Positions 1 through 11,622 of a stretch of 64,000 nt of DNA are shown one piece after another. This DNA comes from Paraphysomonas bandaiensis. Taxonomy: Eukaryota; Protista; Chrysophyceae. Below the pieces are notes generated by a model. It had not been told where the DNA came from, did not search any database, and worked only from the letters and a program-made list of their open reading frames with translations. The stretch's first letter is position 1. Every line of letters begins with the position of its first letter. The position numbers and the translations under genes are program-made. Where the stretch lies: positions 558,001-622,000 of the forward strand of contig CBFFRP010000288.1 of NCBI GenBank assembly GCA_965644295.1. Direction: 5' to 3'.

Positions 1-1
1 C

Positions 2-2707
2 TCTACACCTCTTTCTGTATGTTCTGATAAACGGAGCGATAGCCCGCCTTCTCCCACAGCTCGATTTACATATAGTAACGGCAGATCTGCTCTTGTCCTT
101 CAACGTCGCCCACCAGGTCTGGTATCTCACATAATTTCCCAGGCAATGGAACCAGACTCTGATGATGACTCTGATGCTGACTCTTTCACTGGTACGATTA
201 AATTTCTTGCTTTTGTTTCATGTCACGTAGCTCTTTGTTTTTGCCGTGTAGACCATACATCTCCCTCGTTAACAAAGAACAGTGAAACTAGTGTGTTAGA
301 AAGCTGGAGGCACCTTGTACTTCGCTTGATATCCAAAAACACTAATTGGGACAATGTGTATACCATCGTTCACTCTGAATCGACACCCACTGTGGAACTT
401 CTTGGAAAATTGCCGCACACCAAGAAGCGTGCAATATCCCGGCTGACAGTGGCACGTCGTAAGTCCCTTGCCTTGCAAGAGCTTGCAGAGAGATTTGATA
501 GACTGCCTGAGATAGAATGTGATCCAGAGAATTGGACGGAGAGATATAATATTGCGGCAGAGGGGGGTATGCGCCCCGTAACGCTTATATGTAGTGGAGA
601 GCTACAATATGATATGCTCCGAGGGATAAGCACTGACTTGTCGGAGACTGCTTCTGTGGATAGAACCCGTGCGATGTCTGTGGATGACGTTGGTTCACCC
701 ACCCCTGCTGTGACAATGGTGCTCAAGCAACTTCGAAAACTTACACATATTCTTCATGAATTCGTCAACACGGAGTCCACGTTTGTGAATGACATGAAGA
801 AGCTGGTCACACTACTGAATGAAATCAAGTACTCGACACTCCCTCGAGTACGTGAGTTTGTCCACGCAGCCTCTTTTGTCGGGATCAACACTGCCACTGA
901 GACCATCAACACCATTAACACTCAATTTCTAGTCAAGTTGAAAATGTTTACCGAGCAACAGGACGAGCCTGAGGAATCGGATGCACTTATGTTGTTCCAA
1001 CGCTCAAGCGCATTCTGTAAGGGTATCTTCGATTCACTGGTTCAATTTGGCCCCTTTTTCCCCCTATTCTCGCAATTTATTATCAATCATGATGATTTTT
1101 CCCTCGTGTACAGCACCCTCTCTTTTGAGGACGCTGACTTTAGAGCATATATGACATCATGCGAACGAATGCTAGGCGAATCTCTCTTGTCGCTCATCAT
1201 CAAACCTGTGCAACGACTACCTCGATATGTTCTGTTGTGTAAGGAAATATATTACACCTTAACGAAAGTATGTAAAATGCAAGCACCTTACGATGATGTA
1301 AACATACGGGGTGAATATGAAAACCTGGTATTATTGGAGGAGCGGTCTAGGAGTGTGTATAAAATCATTTCTACTTGTGCGAAAGAGTGCAATAACACAG
1401 TCAGGGTTCATCAAGACAACCTTCGCATGCACGAGCTGAATAGGCTGTTCATGGAAGGAGGTACAGATGTCGAAACTAGTGACCTGGTGCACAAGATGAG
1501 GAGAATAATGAAAGAGGGCCAGTTAAAGAGACATCACAGACACGGTGGTGTCAAAGTTCATGTTGTTCAAGTATTTTCAGATATTCTCTTATCATCCTCT
1601 CCCTCTGGTAAGGGCCTCAGACTTGAACAAAATATTAGTCTGGATCGAAGGAGTGATACCCTTTGCCTGCCAATCCCATCGATGCATCAGAGTGCATCGT
1701 CTTCGTGGTTTGTTTTATCCAGCATAGAGAAGACGCTGTACTTTTGTGCCAAGGATAGTGCTGACATGCTGAGGTGGGTGGAAACTATAAACTTGTGTTT
1801 AAAAGAAAATAAAGCCGACAGCGATACTTTTATGATGATGAACCAAGTAGTCCTAGTTAACACTCTCATTGGAGAAATTAATCGGATGAAAACTGAGAAT
1901 AATCATCCTTGCGATATGGGGGATGGCACTTGTAGAAGAGCACGAGGTGTGTCCTTTCAGCCTACCTTCGTTGAGAACGCGAACTTAATTCAAACATGCT
2001 GGTGGAACCTCGTAGATGTATTAGAAGAACTTGACCCCGGTGGTCATGACTCGACTTCTGAACATAATTTACGTCGAGTTGTTGAGCATCATGCGAACGA
2101 AGTTGTCAGTAAGATGGTTGATGCGATCGAGATAGGCGACGAAAAAAACTCGGATTTAATTGCATCTCTCATATCTGGCCCTCGTTCCTATCTTATTTCA
2201 TGTGGAATTTTCTTTGAGTATCCTGGTGGATCGAATGCCAGTATAGAAATGGGTGAAAGGCCGACAATGTTGAAATTGTTTTTGATGAGCGAAGTATTGA
2301 TTGTAACTTATTTGGACAAGGTCAACGATCCCTTGAAATATGCGTTCCATGTGAAATTAACTGAGTTGGAGTGCTCAGATTACAGAGATGGGGTGGGAGA
2401 TCTGGCGATACTATTAGTGAACAAGTCTGCACGTGCTGTTAAGCGTCGATTTTCATTGATTCCCAGCCAGACTACCCCAAACTATAGCAAGAGGTTAATA
2501 TTTGCGACCTCTATAGATATGAAGTTCGACTGGCTGGCACTGATAACTCAGGCCACAGCGCATTGTAATCATGGTCGAGGTATTGGCGATGGATATGCGT
2601 CCCCAATCGAAAGTCTGAAGTCCATACTCTTGGACCGGGTGGAGACAGATGTTTTACGAAGTGCATGGGTCACTAAAAAGAAGAACAATACTATTGAATT
2701 ACTGTGA
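2..2707 (+). CDS. Dbl-family RhoGEF (DH-PH plus a second PH-like region), 5'-partial
   Basis: DH motifs ILHEFVNTESTFVNDM and LLSLIIKPVQRLPRYVLLCKEI, followed by PH-like IMKEGQLKR...YFCAKDSADMLRWVETI. The frame is open from position 2, so the gene starts upstream of the window. Probable in-frame intron at 192-251. Confidence 0.85.
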   Translation, partial: STPLSVCSDKRSDSPPSPTARFTYSNGRSALVLQRRPPGLVSHIISQAMEPDSDDDSDADSFTGTIKFLAFVSCHVALCFCRVDHTSPSLTKNSETSVLESWRHLVLRLISKNTNWDNVYTIVHSESTPTVELLGKLPHTKKRAISRLTVARRKSLALQELAERFDRLPEIECDPENWTERYNIAAEGGMRPVTLICSGELQYDMLRGISTDLSETASVDRTRAMSVDDVGSPTPAVTMVLKQLRKLTHILHEFVNTESTFVNDMKKLVTLLNEIKYSTLPRVREFVHAASFVGINTATETINTINTQFLVKLKMFTEQQDEPEESDALMLFQRSSAFCKGIFDSLVQFGPFFPLFSQFIINHDDFSLVYSTLSFEDADFRAYMTSCERMLGESLLSLIIKPVQRLPRYVLLCKEIYYTLTKVCKMQAPYDDVNIRGEYENLVLLEERSRSVYKIISTCAKECNNTVRVHQDNLRMHELNRLFMEGGTDVETSDLVHKMRRIMKEGQLKRHHRHGGVKVHVVQVFSDILLSSSPSGKGLRLEQNISLDRRSDTLCLPIPSMHQSASSSWFVLSSIEKTLYFCAKDSADMLRWVETINLCLKENKADSDTFMMMNQVVLVNTLIGEINRMKTENNHPCDMGDGTCRRARGVSFQPTFVENANLIQTCWWNLVDVLEELDPGGHDSTSEHNLRRVVEHHANEVVSKMVDAIEIGDEKNSDLIASLISGPRSYLISCGIFFEYPGGSNASIEMGERPTMLKLFLMSEVLIVTYLDKVNDPLKYAFHVKLTELECSDYRDGVGDLAILLVNKSARAVKRRFSLIPSQTTPNYSKRLIFATSIDMKFDWLALITQATAHCNHGRGIGDGYASPIESLKSILLDRVETDVLRSAWVTKKKNNTIELL

Positions 2708-3292
2708 TAATATGATCGAAAAGTGTGTCTTGTATTTTATATGATGTGTATCGTGGTGAGATATTTGTAAATGCAACACAACAGTTTTATTAATGGAGTT
2801 GCGAATAAGTTAAATTAAGTATCAACTTTTCATCACAGCCGACAAGAGCGAATCATCACAAGGAAACAAAGAGGGCTTGTATGTATATAATGGCTCCTTT
2901 GTCATAGCGCAAACTACAGTATCTTCAGATGATGTAGTATGCCCCACTGAACATTCCTGATGTAATGTATTTCTTAGTCGTACTATCTCATTGCTAGTTA
3001 TCTTATCTAGCATTAACTCTATGGTAATTTAATCTATTTACATATATATTGAGAGCTGCTAGCGTGCAATGTATTGTACAATTGGAGACTGGAGTAGCTA
3101 ATTCTTCATTCAGCACGAAAAAACCAATTTGTGTCTTATAGGACTAGTGTATATAGAGTGTAAAGAGATTAAATTTCAGATACGCAAAAAATTCATTCTT
3201 TTCTGCAACAGTATAATAATTACAGAAAGGGGTTGTTATGATGTACGCACACAAGTATAACTCGACGTCATTTTCACCACTATTATTAGTAG

Positions 3293-5320
3293 TTAGGAGA
3301 ATATCTCATCGTAATCACCAACGAAGGACTTAATGTACCGTACTATATCTACTCCAAACAAGATGTCAAAATGTGTCTCTAAACCTCGACGAATCAATTC
3401 GGCGTTAAAACGTCTGTGAATTTCCCGCACTACAGATACATCATAAAACTGAGGAGGGAAATTCTTCATGTCCACAATATCAGTTCGAAATAACTGAAAC
3501 CTCCAGACGAATGGAATCAAGCACACTAGCACAGAAATTAGCAAAATATAACCTATGGTAAGGTATAATGAAAGCACAGATACGTTGGAAGTTGCATCAA
3601 GTCCAAGTCGAATGAAGGGAAACGTGATTCCATATATAACGAACAGTATGAATGCCGGTGTCCACAGTATGGCGCAAAAGAGACCCACACACATAAATAC
3701 CATCCCTGTGTAAAATTTATATTTATCCCCGACAACTTCCCCATCTAATGAGCTACTCAGTGATTTGAATATCTCCGATCGACTGGCCAGTTCACGTCGA
3801 GTGTCTGTCATGAATCCACCCACAGCACGTGACACAGCGGCGTGACGCACAGCTGTCCTCGCCTGTGTGTCATCATCTGTATCTGCAATTAACTGAAATA
3901 GTGCAATCTGATGTCTGACATCGACCTCTTCCGAGTCTACAGGGGTGATAATAATCTGACGTGCCTGGCGCGGAGAACCTGAAAAAGAAATACTATTATT
4001 GATATCGCAATAGAGTTGACGCGTTGCAGTAATGATATCCAATGAGTGAATACCTACAGTCGCCAGCCACTCTAGCAGTGCTGCTCGTTCATAAGGCCGC
4101 CTTTCAAGTGCTGATCGCCTTGCACCATTGTCGTTGTGTGTAACTGCATATCGCCGCATGCACTGTTTCAGCTGCTCTACATCCCGTCTGCACTGCAACA
4201 CAAACTTGTTTGTCACTTGAACGCGAGTGTCAGTAAGATGGAGAGAAAGAAAACGATAGAGAGAAGAGTAGAATCCCCAGTGTTGAGCATGCTCTGGGTC
4301 AAGGGATTTGAATACCACTATAGGAATCAGGCTAAGTCTACTGGTAAGGAAAATCACGCACACTGGAATTATAGCAAGTACCCAAGCCACTGAACGCACA
4401 AGGTATATATCGAACCATACGTGCTCTTGAGAAGCCGAGTAAGGAAGGGTGTTCCGATTAATCTTCAAATTATCATCAATCATGCTGAACACCACTAAGC
4501 ATAAGCCACCCAAAATTAGAAGTCCACATCCGATGCCGAAAAGCCACAACCATATGGTATCAGTGAGCCCCCCGGAGACATCAGTGCCATCGGAAAATAG
4601 CCAAGAGACAGTTGCAAATAAATTAAAACAGTCAGCAATAATGCATATGAAATTAAATAGGAAAGTGGGTCGATGTATGGAGTAGGAAAGTAGGTACCCT
4701 TTGCTGCTGATGACCCCTATAGAAATGATGATTGAGATGACGAAGAGAGGAGAAGCCCGTCCCGATGTGATTACCGCAATAGTTTGCAGCACACACTGAG
4801 GGATCGCCTCAGCAAGTGCTTCAGCCAAAAACCCAGCATGAGATTGGTACTTGTGTTGTATATAGCTCCATAGCATGTCACCACCACTGCCATCATTCTC
4901 TGGCGCTGATTCGGAAGTTGGTTTCAACCCAATTCCTTTCAGATTTGTGTCAATCCAACTAAAGCGAAACGCTTCTACCCATGTAAAAAATGGAACAAGC
5001 TGGCTAAATGGAAATACACAAATAAATACGATTATCTTTTTGCTTGGTGATAAATGTTTGCCCCAGGTAGCTGTAAAGAGGAAGCTATAGCTGAACTGAG
5101 CAACAAAAAATATAGCCACTGATATAGCAAAGAATTCAAATTTTCCCTCAATATAAAACTCACGACACACTAACACATCGAGAACAATATCTGTAATAGA
5201 GAAAAAGACAACTAATAAATCGTTTATTAAAAAGTCTAACGCAGACAGGAACTTTGCTTGTGATCGTGCTGATAATTGGCAGCAACCACTGGACTCTGGG
5301 GAAGAAGCAGTCACTTGCAT
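3293..5320 (-). CDS. XK-related multi-pass membrane protein (XK/Xkr scramblase family)
   Basis: DIVLDVLVCREFY and EALAEAIPQCVLQT resemble the XK-family motifs D..tD and E..lEs.PQl.LQ. Many hydrophobic helices. Likely start MQVTASS at ATG 5320. Confidence 0.7.
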   Translation of the reverse strand: MQVTASSPESSGCCQLSARSQAKFLSALDFLINDLLVVFFSITDIVLDVLVCREFYIEGKFEFFAISVAIFFVAQFSYSFLFTATWGKHLSPSKKIIVFICVFPFSQLVPFFTWVEAFRFSWIDTNLKGIGLKPTSESAPENDGSGGDMLWSYIQHKYQSHAGFLAEALAEAIPQCVLQTIAVITSGRASPLFVISIIISIGVISSKGYLLSYSIHRPTFLFNFICIIADCFNLFATVSWLFSDGTDVSGGLTDTIWLWLFGIGCGLLILGGLCLVVFSMIDDNLKINRNTLPYSASQEHVWFDIYLVRSVAWVLAIIPVCVIFLTSRLSLIPIVVFKSLDPEHAQHWGFYSSLYRFLSLHLTDTRVQVTNKFVLQCRRDVEQLKQCMRRYAVTHNDNGARRSALERRPYERAALLEWLATVGIHSLDIITATRQLYCDINNSISFSGSPRQARQIIITPVDSEEVDVRHQIALFQLIADTDDDTQARTAVRHAAVSRAVGGFMTDTRRELASRSEIFKSLSSSLDGEVVGDKYKFYTGMVFMCVGLFCAILWTPAFILFVIYGITFPFIRLGLDATSNVSVLSLYLTIGYILLISVLVCLIPFVWRFQLFRTDIVDMKNFPPQFYDVSVVREIHRRFNAELIRRGLETHFDILFGVDIVRYIKSFVGDYDEIFS

Positions 5321-5725
5321 AATGGATTCTCGTATGAGGAGAATGAATAAGCTGTGATTATTCTTCACTCCTAGTTTACGAATGGACCATTTGACAGTGT
5401 TACCACTGTAGAGTTGTTGTTTTGTAGTGAATGCGAATGAATATACAGGATTTCGAATGGGGAAGTTTCCGGTTTCTTCTTGACCAATCAAGTAAGATAA
5501 ACAAGGAATACTTACTGTAGATTCGCTGTGTATAAAAAAAATATATCGATTGGGGTGGGGTATACTGTTGTATTCTGATGTATGTACCTGTATTCCACTG
5601 CTATATGCATGTACACAACTACACAACGCAAGTTAGGAGCGGAGGACGAGATCTGGCTGCAGGGACCTCTGCTCCAGTTGGACCACCTCCAGATGTCATC
5701 AGTAGTTGTCGTGGAACTATAAGCC

Positions 5726-8700
5726 ATGAAAAGTGAAGTTCATACATCACCGGTAACTAATTCATCACTGCAGTTTAATGCATCACAGTCTCAGGAGGAG
5801 GTTGCAAGTGGTGCCGTGACTAACAGCACTGGGAACTCCTATCACGGAGACATCGAGCTCCGTGATGAGACTAACGCCGGAGATATTGAGAATGAACGTG
5901 TCAGTCAGTCTGACTCAAGTCACACAAATCAGAATGCAGGGTGTTCGAAGTTAACATGTGAATCACAGTGTCCACAGATTAACGTGTGCAATTCACAGAT
6001 TCGAGAAAGAATTTGTGCTATAGCTGTGTTTGTAGACATATTATCATCTTGGAAGCTTTTAATTATGCCCTTGCTAATTCTATGGAGTGTCGGTAGCCCA
6101 AAGTATATATTTTTTATATGGCCGTTGTGGGGTTTATTCAATTTTGGTGTTTATGGTTTATATTTCTTGAGTGAAGATATGGACGAATCAATCTACGAAA
6201 AATATCCGGAGTGGCTACAACATATCGCGAACACCACTCGATGCTCAAAGTTAGTTGCGAGAAGGATACTGATTGTGTGGTCCTGTGGTGATATATTCTT
6301 GAGTGTCTTATGCTTCACGGTGGCGTTTGTCATGATGAATCTTATATTTGTAGATTCTGACGGCACTTTATGCGAAGGTTGGCGACAGGAGTACGTCGCT
6401 GGCGTTATACAACTTTTTTTTTGCACACTGTCTGTTGTGTGCAGGGTTTCAATGCTTGCAAGTCTGCCGTGTGGATGTACAGTGGCGCCGACAGACAGAA
6501 ATGACACTAAACGTGATGCGCTACTTCAGTATTGTGTGGCTTTATCACCAATTATGTGTGGACTCTGTATATTTTGCGTGGTGCTATCTGTCGTTTTCCT
6601 TTCCGTCACTTTGCATGATTTTCTCAAATCAGAGTTTTACTACACCCATGACGGAGGGGATAAGGGTTGCGACCCCATGGTACCACAAGTTTGCGCACTT
6701 CCATATCCTTCGTCACACTTCCTCCGACCAGACCCTAGCACGCAAACGGGTTTCCGGGTAGCAATACCGGATCGCACATTACCATTCCTGCGGCGTGGCG
6801 TGAGGATGACTGCAAGCTACTCTGCCAATAGGTTCGTTTGCTTTATTATTCAGACGTCGATATTGAAGATCTACATTTGCTAGGTATGATGGGTTCTCCA
6901 TGGCTCCTATGCTACTATGGTATCTTCCTAAAGTACAGGACAACCAACTTGTGTCATATGACAATATTGAAATGTCGGTTGTTTTGAACAGTACCACTCT
7001 GCTGATCGAGACTTCTAGTGGGGCATTACACCCACACTTCACCGAAAAAGACTACATTGACGAAGAAGCAGATAGGATTGCCTACATCAACCCTGCTTCC
7101 GCCCTCAGATACAACACCACATATCTTGCCGTCGTGCAGAATCTAACAGACAGTAATGGAATTCGGCTGATACCATCTGCGTTGATGCAAAGTTACGTTG
7201 CATCCTACCTTTCTGGTAGTCTGCCAACTGAATTATCATCAGATGAACGGTTCCGAAGGTGCAGGGATTACTATTTTCCCTTGTTAGAATCAATGGGTGT
7301 TCGAGTAATAGATTTGCAGCTCATATGGGACTTTCATACTGCATCTCAGGAGTCGTTGTTACAAGATCTTGAGCCGGTTGCGGAACTTACGAAATCATTA
7401 CTTGTGGATCATACTCAAAAAAAGGAATCAGCATTGTATGAAACGACTTCAGTATTTCATGACAGCTGCAGCAATGGAAATGGGAAAATTGATACTGCTG
7501 CCTACTACACACTTTCGGTACCGTGGTATTTAAACAGCCATAAGGTATTGTTTTGAAGGCATGTTTCCGCTCTGATGTATATTTCAGCGGCAAAAAAGTT
7601 ATTTAAATATGGACATTGTGCAAGGGGAAACCCCGGAATTTTCTTTCAGTTCTAGTCTCCTACTCCAAGTATAGTATGCACTGTTCTGAAATTCAAATAG
7701 GAGTATGTATTTACTTATATGGTACATTGTCTAGATTCCATGTTCTGTTAAAATTGGAGAGGTTGCGCCATCTGCACTTGTTGAAATAGGACATGGACTC
7801 TTTTGGGGTCAGTTATGGCGCTGTCTGATCATACGCTTTTTGCCTCATGTAATCCAATAGATAGAGGATTCGCCCGTAGTAGGTGGCTGAGGCGCCAGGC
7901 GAACAAGATGGGCTGGATCTTGTGGAGCATGGACTGGAGAGGTTTGACGCGTTTTGACCTACCGATGTTTGCTCGAATGCTGATGCATGATCTCGGCAAA
8001 GGGACTCTATTCTTTCGATCTGCTCTTGTGCAGGTTTTTTAACGCGAATTCAGTCAAGTTATTTTGCTTACTAATCAATTAGGGGTTCTCCGATAAGCTT
8101 GTTGGAAAAGTAATGGCGAAGGAAATTCTTCGCAGGGAATTTTCTTACCTGGATATATTTGAATCAGATGGAAATCTTTCCATACCCAGCACATATTTGG
8201 GTCTCTCGCTCGGGGGACTCATGGGTGCTGGGTGGGTAGCTTTTGCATCTGAGCATAGTAGGACAGTATTAATGGCAGGAGGAAGTAGCATGTCATTCCT
8301 TCTAGGGAGATCTGACTTATTGGGACTGTATATTCAGCTTTGTGATTTACAGTTCTACTCGAGGTATGCTTCTATATATGGAAAATTATATCGCTCCGAC
8401 GTAAGCTATTGCCTTGCTTTAGGAAGGATTTTCGAATAGCATTGCAAATTATGCAAATTACATTCGATGTTTTTGAATCGTCTGGTTGGGCACATTCTGG
8501 AAGGTCAGAAATTAGAGAATTATTTGCATCGCTAACATCCTGCATCATCAGGTATAATGAGTCGCAAGTACTAATTCAGAATGGAGTTGGGGACTCAACT
8601 ATATCTCCCATCGCTGGTAGAATTTTGGCAGCCAATCTCAATGCAAAAGTTTTAGAGGTGTACGTTTTATTCACTTCTTCTATAGTAATTTTCTTGCTCA

Positions 8701-9081
8701 TCTTGCAGAATGTTGCTGGAGTGATCGCGACATTGCCTCGCGTAAAATCACCTGTAGTAAACTCCACTGCCACCTATTATCAAGTAGGGTACCTTGCTAC
8801 CTATATTTACTCAGTGTGAGAATAGCTTATAGATTGTTTACGAAAGAGATGAAAAAGAAATTCCTGAAAAGGCGAAACCACCTGAAGGTACATTAGCTGG
8901 ATTGCATAACTTGTGTTACACCTTCATATTTTTAGACTCGACCAATGTACATAGGTGTTTTGCGCTCGAAGATGATGTACAACTCATGAATTCGCGATTT
9001 ATATTTGATGGCACAGTTATCAATCCGTGTGGTGATAATCCTTGCGTCTATGATGATATCGTACGGTGTAATTATGAATAA
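5726..9081 (+). CDS. Multi-exon protein: N-terminal multi-TM domain plus bacterial-type secreted alpha/beta hydrolase (lipase-like)
   Basis: Motifs CDPMVPQVCALPYPSSHF, YDGFS, GHGLF, DWRGL, nucleophile elbow YLGLSLGG, a GDS segment (candidate Asp) and NVH (candidate His). Ends in PCGDNPC...YE* at TAA 9079-9081. The ORF fragments join through about 11 short GT-AG introns (e.g. 6832-6883). Confidence 0.7.
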
Positions 9082-9920
9082 CGATATGAACACTCGCCAT
9101 CATATGGTGCAGAAACCCACCCGGTGCTGAATTGCGCTGACATATATACGATTATAATGTGTGGTGTGTTATGTGTCATACTTTATTTAATACGCGAATG
9201 ACGGCATTGGAGTGTTGTGATGTGTTTCTTATTGCTGTGATTTTCAAACGCCATGAAATATATGCGACATTGCCGAAAATAGAGATACTGCAAACTAACA
9301 CCAGGAAAGCAGTAATTAACGAATACAGAATTATTGTTACACGTAGATTAGAATAATCAGTGGAAATCTGTTTATAATGGGCTCTTCTGAATGAAACAAT
9401 TTCTCTTTACAGAGGATACTGCGAAAATTAAGTAATGTAACGAAATAGACAGATATAACAGCAATTTAAAATCAAATTCTCAGGTAATTAATCAGACTAT
9501 AGTAGTTGCTTTGAAAAGTAAAGACTGAAAGAAGAGTATGATAAATCAAGACCTTTCTCATACTTATTCTTCTATATTCTATATTAAGCATTGTATACGA
9601 ATCATAACTGTACATCAATATTAATAATCTATTCGAGAAAAACTACGACAAACAAGGTTAGAGTTTAAAAGTCCTTTTTTTCTTCTATTCCACATTCCAC
9701 CTGTTAAAGAATGTCTTATTAAAATGTTTTGTATAAGAAAAATGAATGTGACCTGGCTTTAACAATTTTAACACCAACACTGACAACTGACATCATATCT
9801 ATAACATACAAACAAATAATTTTGTTTTGACTTTATTCCGCTGTCGTTTCATATACTCAACTTGACACTGAAAGTCGGGGTAAAACCAGTAGTAAATGTC
9901 TGATTTTTAGCAATAGGCGC

Positions 9921-10014
9921 TCAGGACCCTCAACAAAGTCGGACTCGCACCTTTTCGTGGTGTTCTGGGGGATAAGTACCGGAGATATTCTCTCTGGGAA
10001 ACTAACGTGAGCCG
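9921..10014 (+). ncRNA. Candidate HDV-like ribozyme (possibly decayed)
   Basis: P2 cggactcgc (9940-48) / gtgagccg (10007-14); P3 acc/ggt; L3 ttttcgt; P1' gttctgg followed by GG; P4 ccggaga/tctctgg; J4/2 ctaac. All elements occur in the canonical nested double-pseudoknot order. Confidence 0.5.
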
Positions 10015-10412
10015 CAAACATAGTCAGCAGATATTCTTCTGTCCACGCATAGCCGAATGCTTGTGTGGTACAAGGGACACCAATAAGTGTCAATTTTGTA
10101 GACGTCTTTGGGCCCTGACGAATAAACAGGCATCCGGGACAGGGCCCACCAGAAGGGTAACCGGGGTATTGGGCTGCCTGCTGAAGTCAAGCATCCGGGA
10201 TGTTCACCTTAAGAACTCAGAGCGGAAGTGGTTGCACCTTGGTGCTTGCGGCGACGCACAAGCAGCTTCCGTAGCGTTAAATAGTGGGATAAAAAAAGTG
10301 TGTACTCTGATTAGTTACAGGTAGAGGACTAACTAGTTTATCTAGCATTCATATCTAGCTACTAAGTTGGTGCAGGTTTTTAACGCCTATTGCTAATAAT
10401 AAGACTTTCAAT
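9927..10412 (+). mobile_element. Full-length-like short retroposon (SINE/SIDE-like): HDV-like head, body, LINE-shared tail
   Basis: Colinear with copies at 62782-63338 and 45094-48012. Flanked by a direct repeat ataggcg (9913-9919 / 10413-10419), extendable to 14 bp with 2 mismatches. Ends in aagactttcaat with no poly(A). Confidence 0.75.
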
Positions 10413-10792
10413 ATAGGCGTTTAGGAGTCAGTGTTAAACTCTGATATTCTACTATTTAACGTTACGAAAGCTACTTGTGCGTCACTGCAAAACCACCAAG
10501 GTGCAACTACTTTCGCTGCATTACGCAGAGCTAACGCAGTTAGCAAGCAGAATGTTGATATACCTGACACTTTCAACAATACCCACCAGGGTAAGCCTCA
10601 TATCCCCTCCAGTAAAAGAGTCAGTATTCCGAGGTAGGGGGTTGTATTGAAGAATCACTAAGGAGTGGTGGGTAGACATAGGTGCAGTTGATTCTGCATC
10701 TGTTATTACTGTACTGGTGAACGCGCCAGAAGTATTGATTATTGCTTTGTAGAACTAGTCAACAGAACTTTTTGTTATACATAGCACATTTC

Positions 10793-11319
10793 GCGCCACC
10801 TCCCGCCTCACACACAAATCCCACCGACCTAATCCAAACGAATTTATCACCGTCCAGACCCCCACAAAGACGCCGTCTCCGGCAACTCCATCTACTCCCG
10901 AGGTCCAAAAAGAGCACAGCATCAGTGCCCATACATTTAATGCCTCCTCCAACTCACAGCCCACCAACCTAGAAATCGGTACACTCAGGAGCTTAATACA
11001 ATTTTTTCCTGAGCCCCCACCTAACCCAGTGGAGTCTCATCCCAAGGGGAGACCTTCAGATCACACGCGCCGGTGAGTCCCAGGACACACGATCATGGCG
11101 AGCCTCGCAATCAACATCAAGAACGGAAGTGATAGCACCTTCTTGGTGCTTGCAGCGACGCACAAGCAGCTTCTGTAGCGTTAAATAGTAGGATAAAATA
11201 GTTTATTGATTAGTTACGGGTAGAGGTCTAAATAGTATGTCTAGTATTCTTCTAGCCACTAATTAGTGCAGGTTTTCAACGCCTATTGCTAAATATATAA
11301 TAAGACATTCAATATATAT
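10793..11319 (+). mobile_element. 5'-truncated LINE 3' end (ORF C-terminus plus tail) with 12-bp TSD
   Basis: TSD atagcacatttc at 10781-10792 and 11320-11331. Encodes ...PKGRPSD, matching PKGRPPD* at the end of the LINE at 45444-45470. Tail nearly the same as in the short retroposon. Confidence 0.75.
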
Positions 11320-11377
11320 ATAGCACATTTCACATAACACTATAGTATGCATAATATATATATATTATGCATACTAT

Positions 11378-11515
11378 CAGTGTCCCATGTACCACACAAG
11401 CATTTGGCGATGAGTATGCAGAACAATATATGCTTGTTTCCCGGAAAAATATCTCCAGTACTTATTCCCCAGAACACCACGAAAAGGAGCGAGTCCGACT
11501 GTGTTGAGGAGGGTT
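11378..11515 (-). mobile_element. Short retroposon head fragment
   Basis: Reverse complement reads cctcaacacagtcggactcgctccttttcgtggtgttctggggaataagtactggaga... Confidence 0.7.
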
Positions 11516-11622
11516 ATTATAACACTTTTACTACTTCTTCTTTGAGGAGCCTCTCCTATCTTATACTAGTATTAGTTTTTACAGTTTGATATAACGCACG
11601 ACGACTTACTTATATGAAAAAG

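Larger units (their letters stand above)
9889..10570 (-). mobile_element. Short retroposon family, antisense copy (body and tail), split by insertion of another copy
   Basis: Reverse complement of the family tail at 9889-9919 (cgcctattgctaaaaatcagacatttact) and of the core (ggttgcaccttggtg...gacgcacaag) within 10420-10570. Confidence 0.7.

Noticed and set aside
2822-3013. 63-aa ORF between convergent genes
   Set aside because: No motif or splice support.
5321-5626. N-terminal extension of the XK ORF
   Set aside because: It depends on a non-ATG start and spans the divergent promoter. ATG 5320 is more plausible.
9946-10014. tRNA-derived SINE head (D-arm-like and anticodon-like hairpins)
   Set aside because: No B-box/T-arm (GTTCRA) and no acceptor stem. 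The HDV-like fold explains more of the conserved positions.
10110-10148. Hammerhead ribozyme suggested by CTGACGA
   Set aside because: The motif lies in a simple gggccctg/cagggccc hairpin, has no matching GAAA-stem-NUH arrangement, and is not conserved in other copies.
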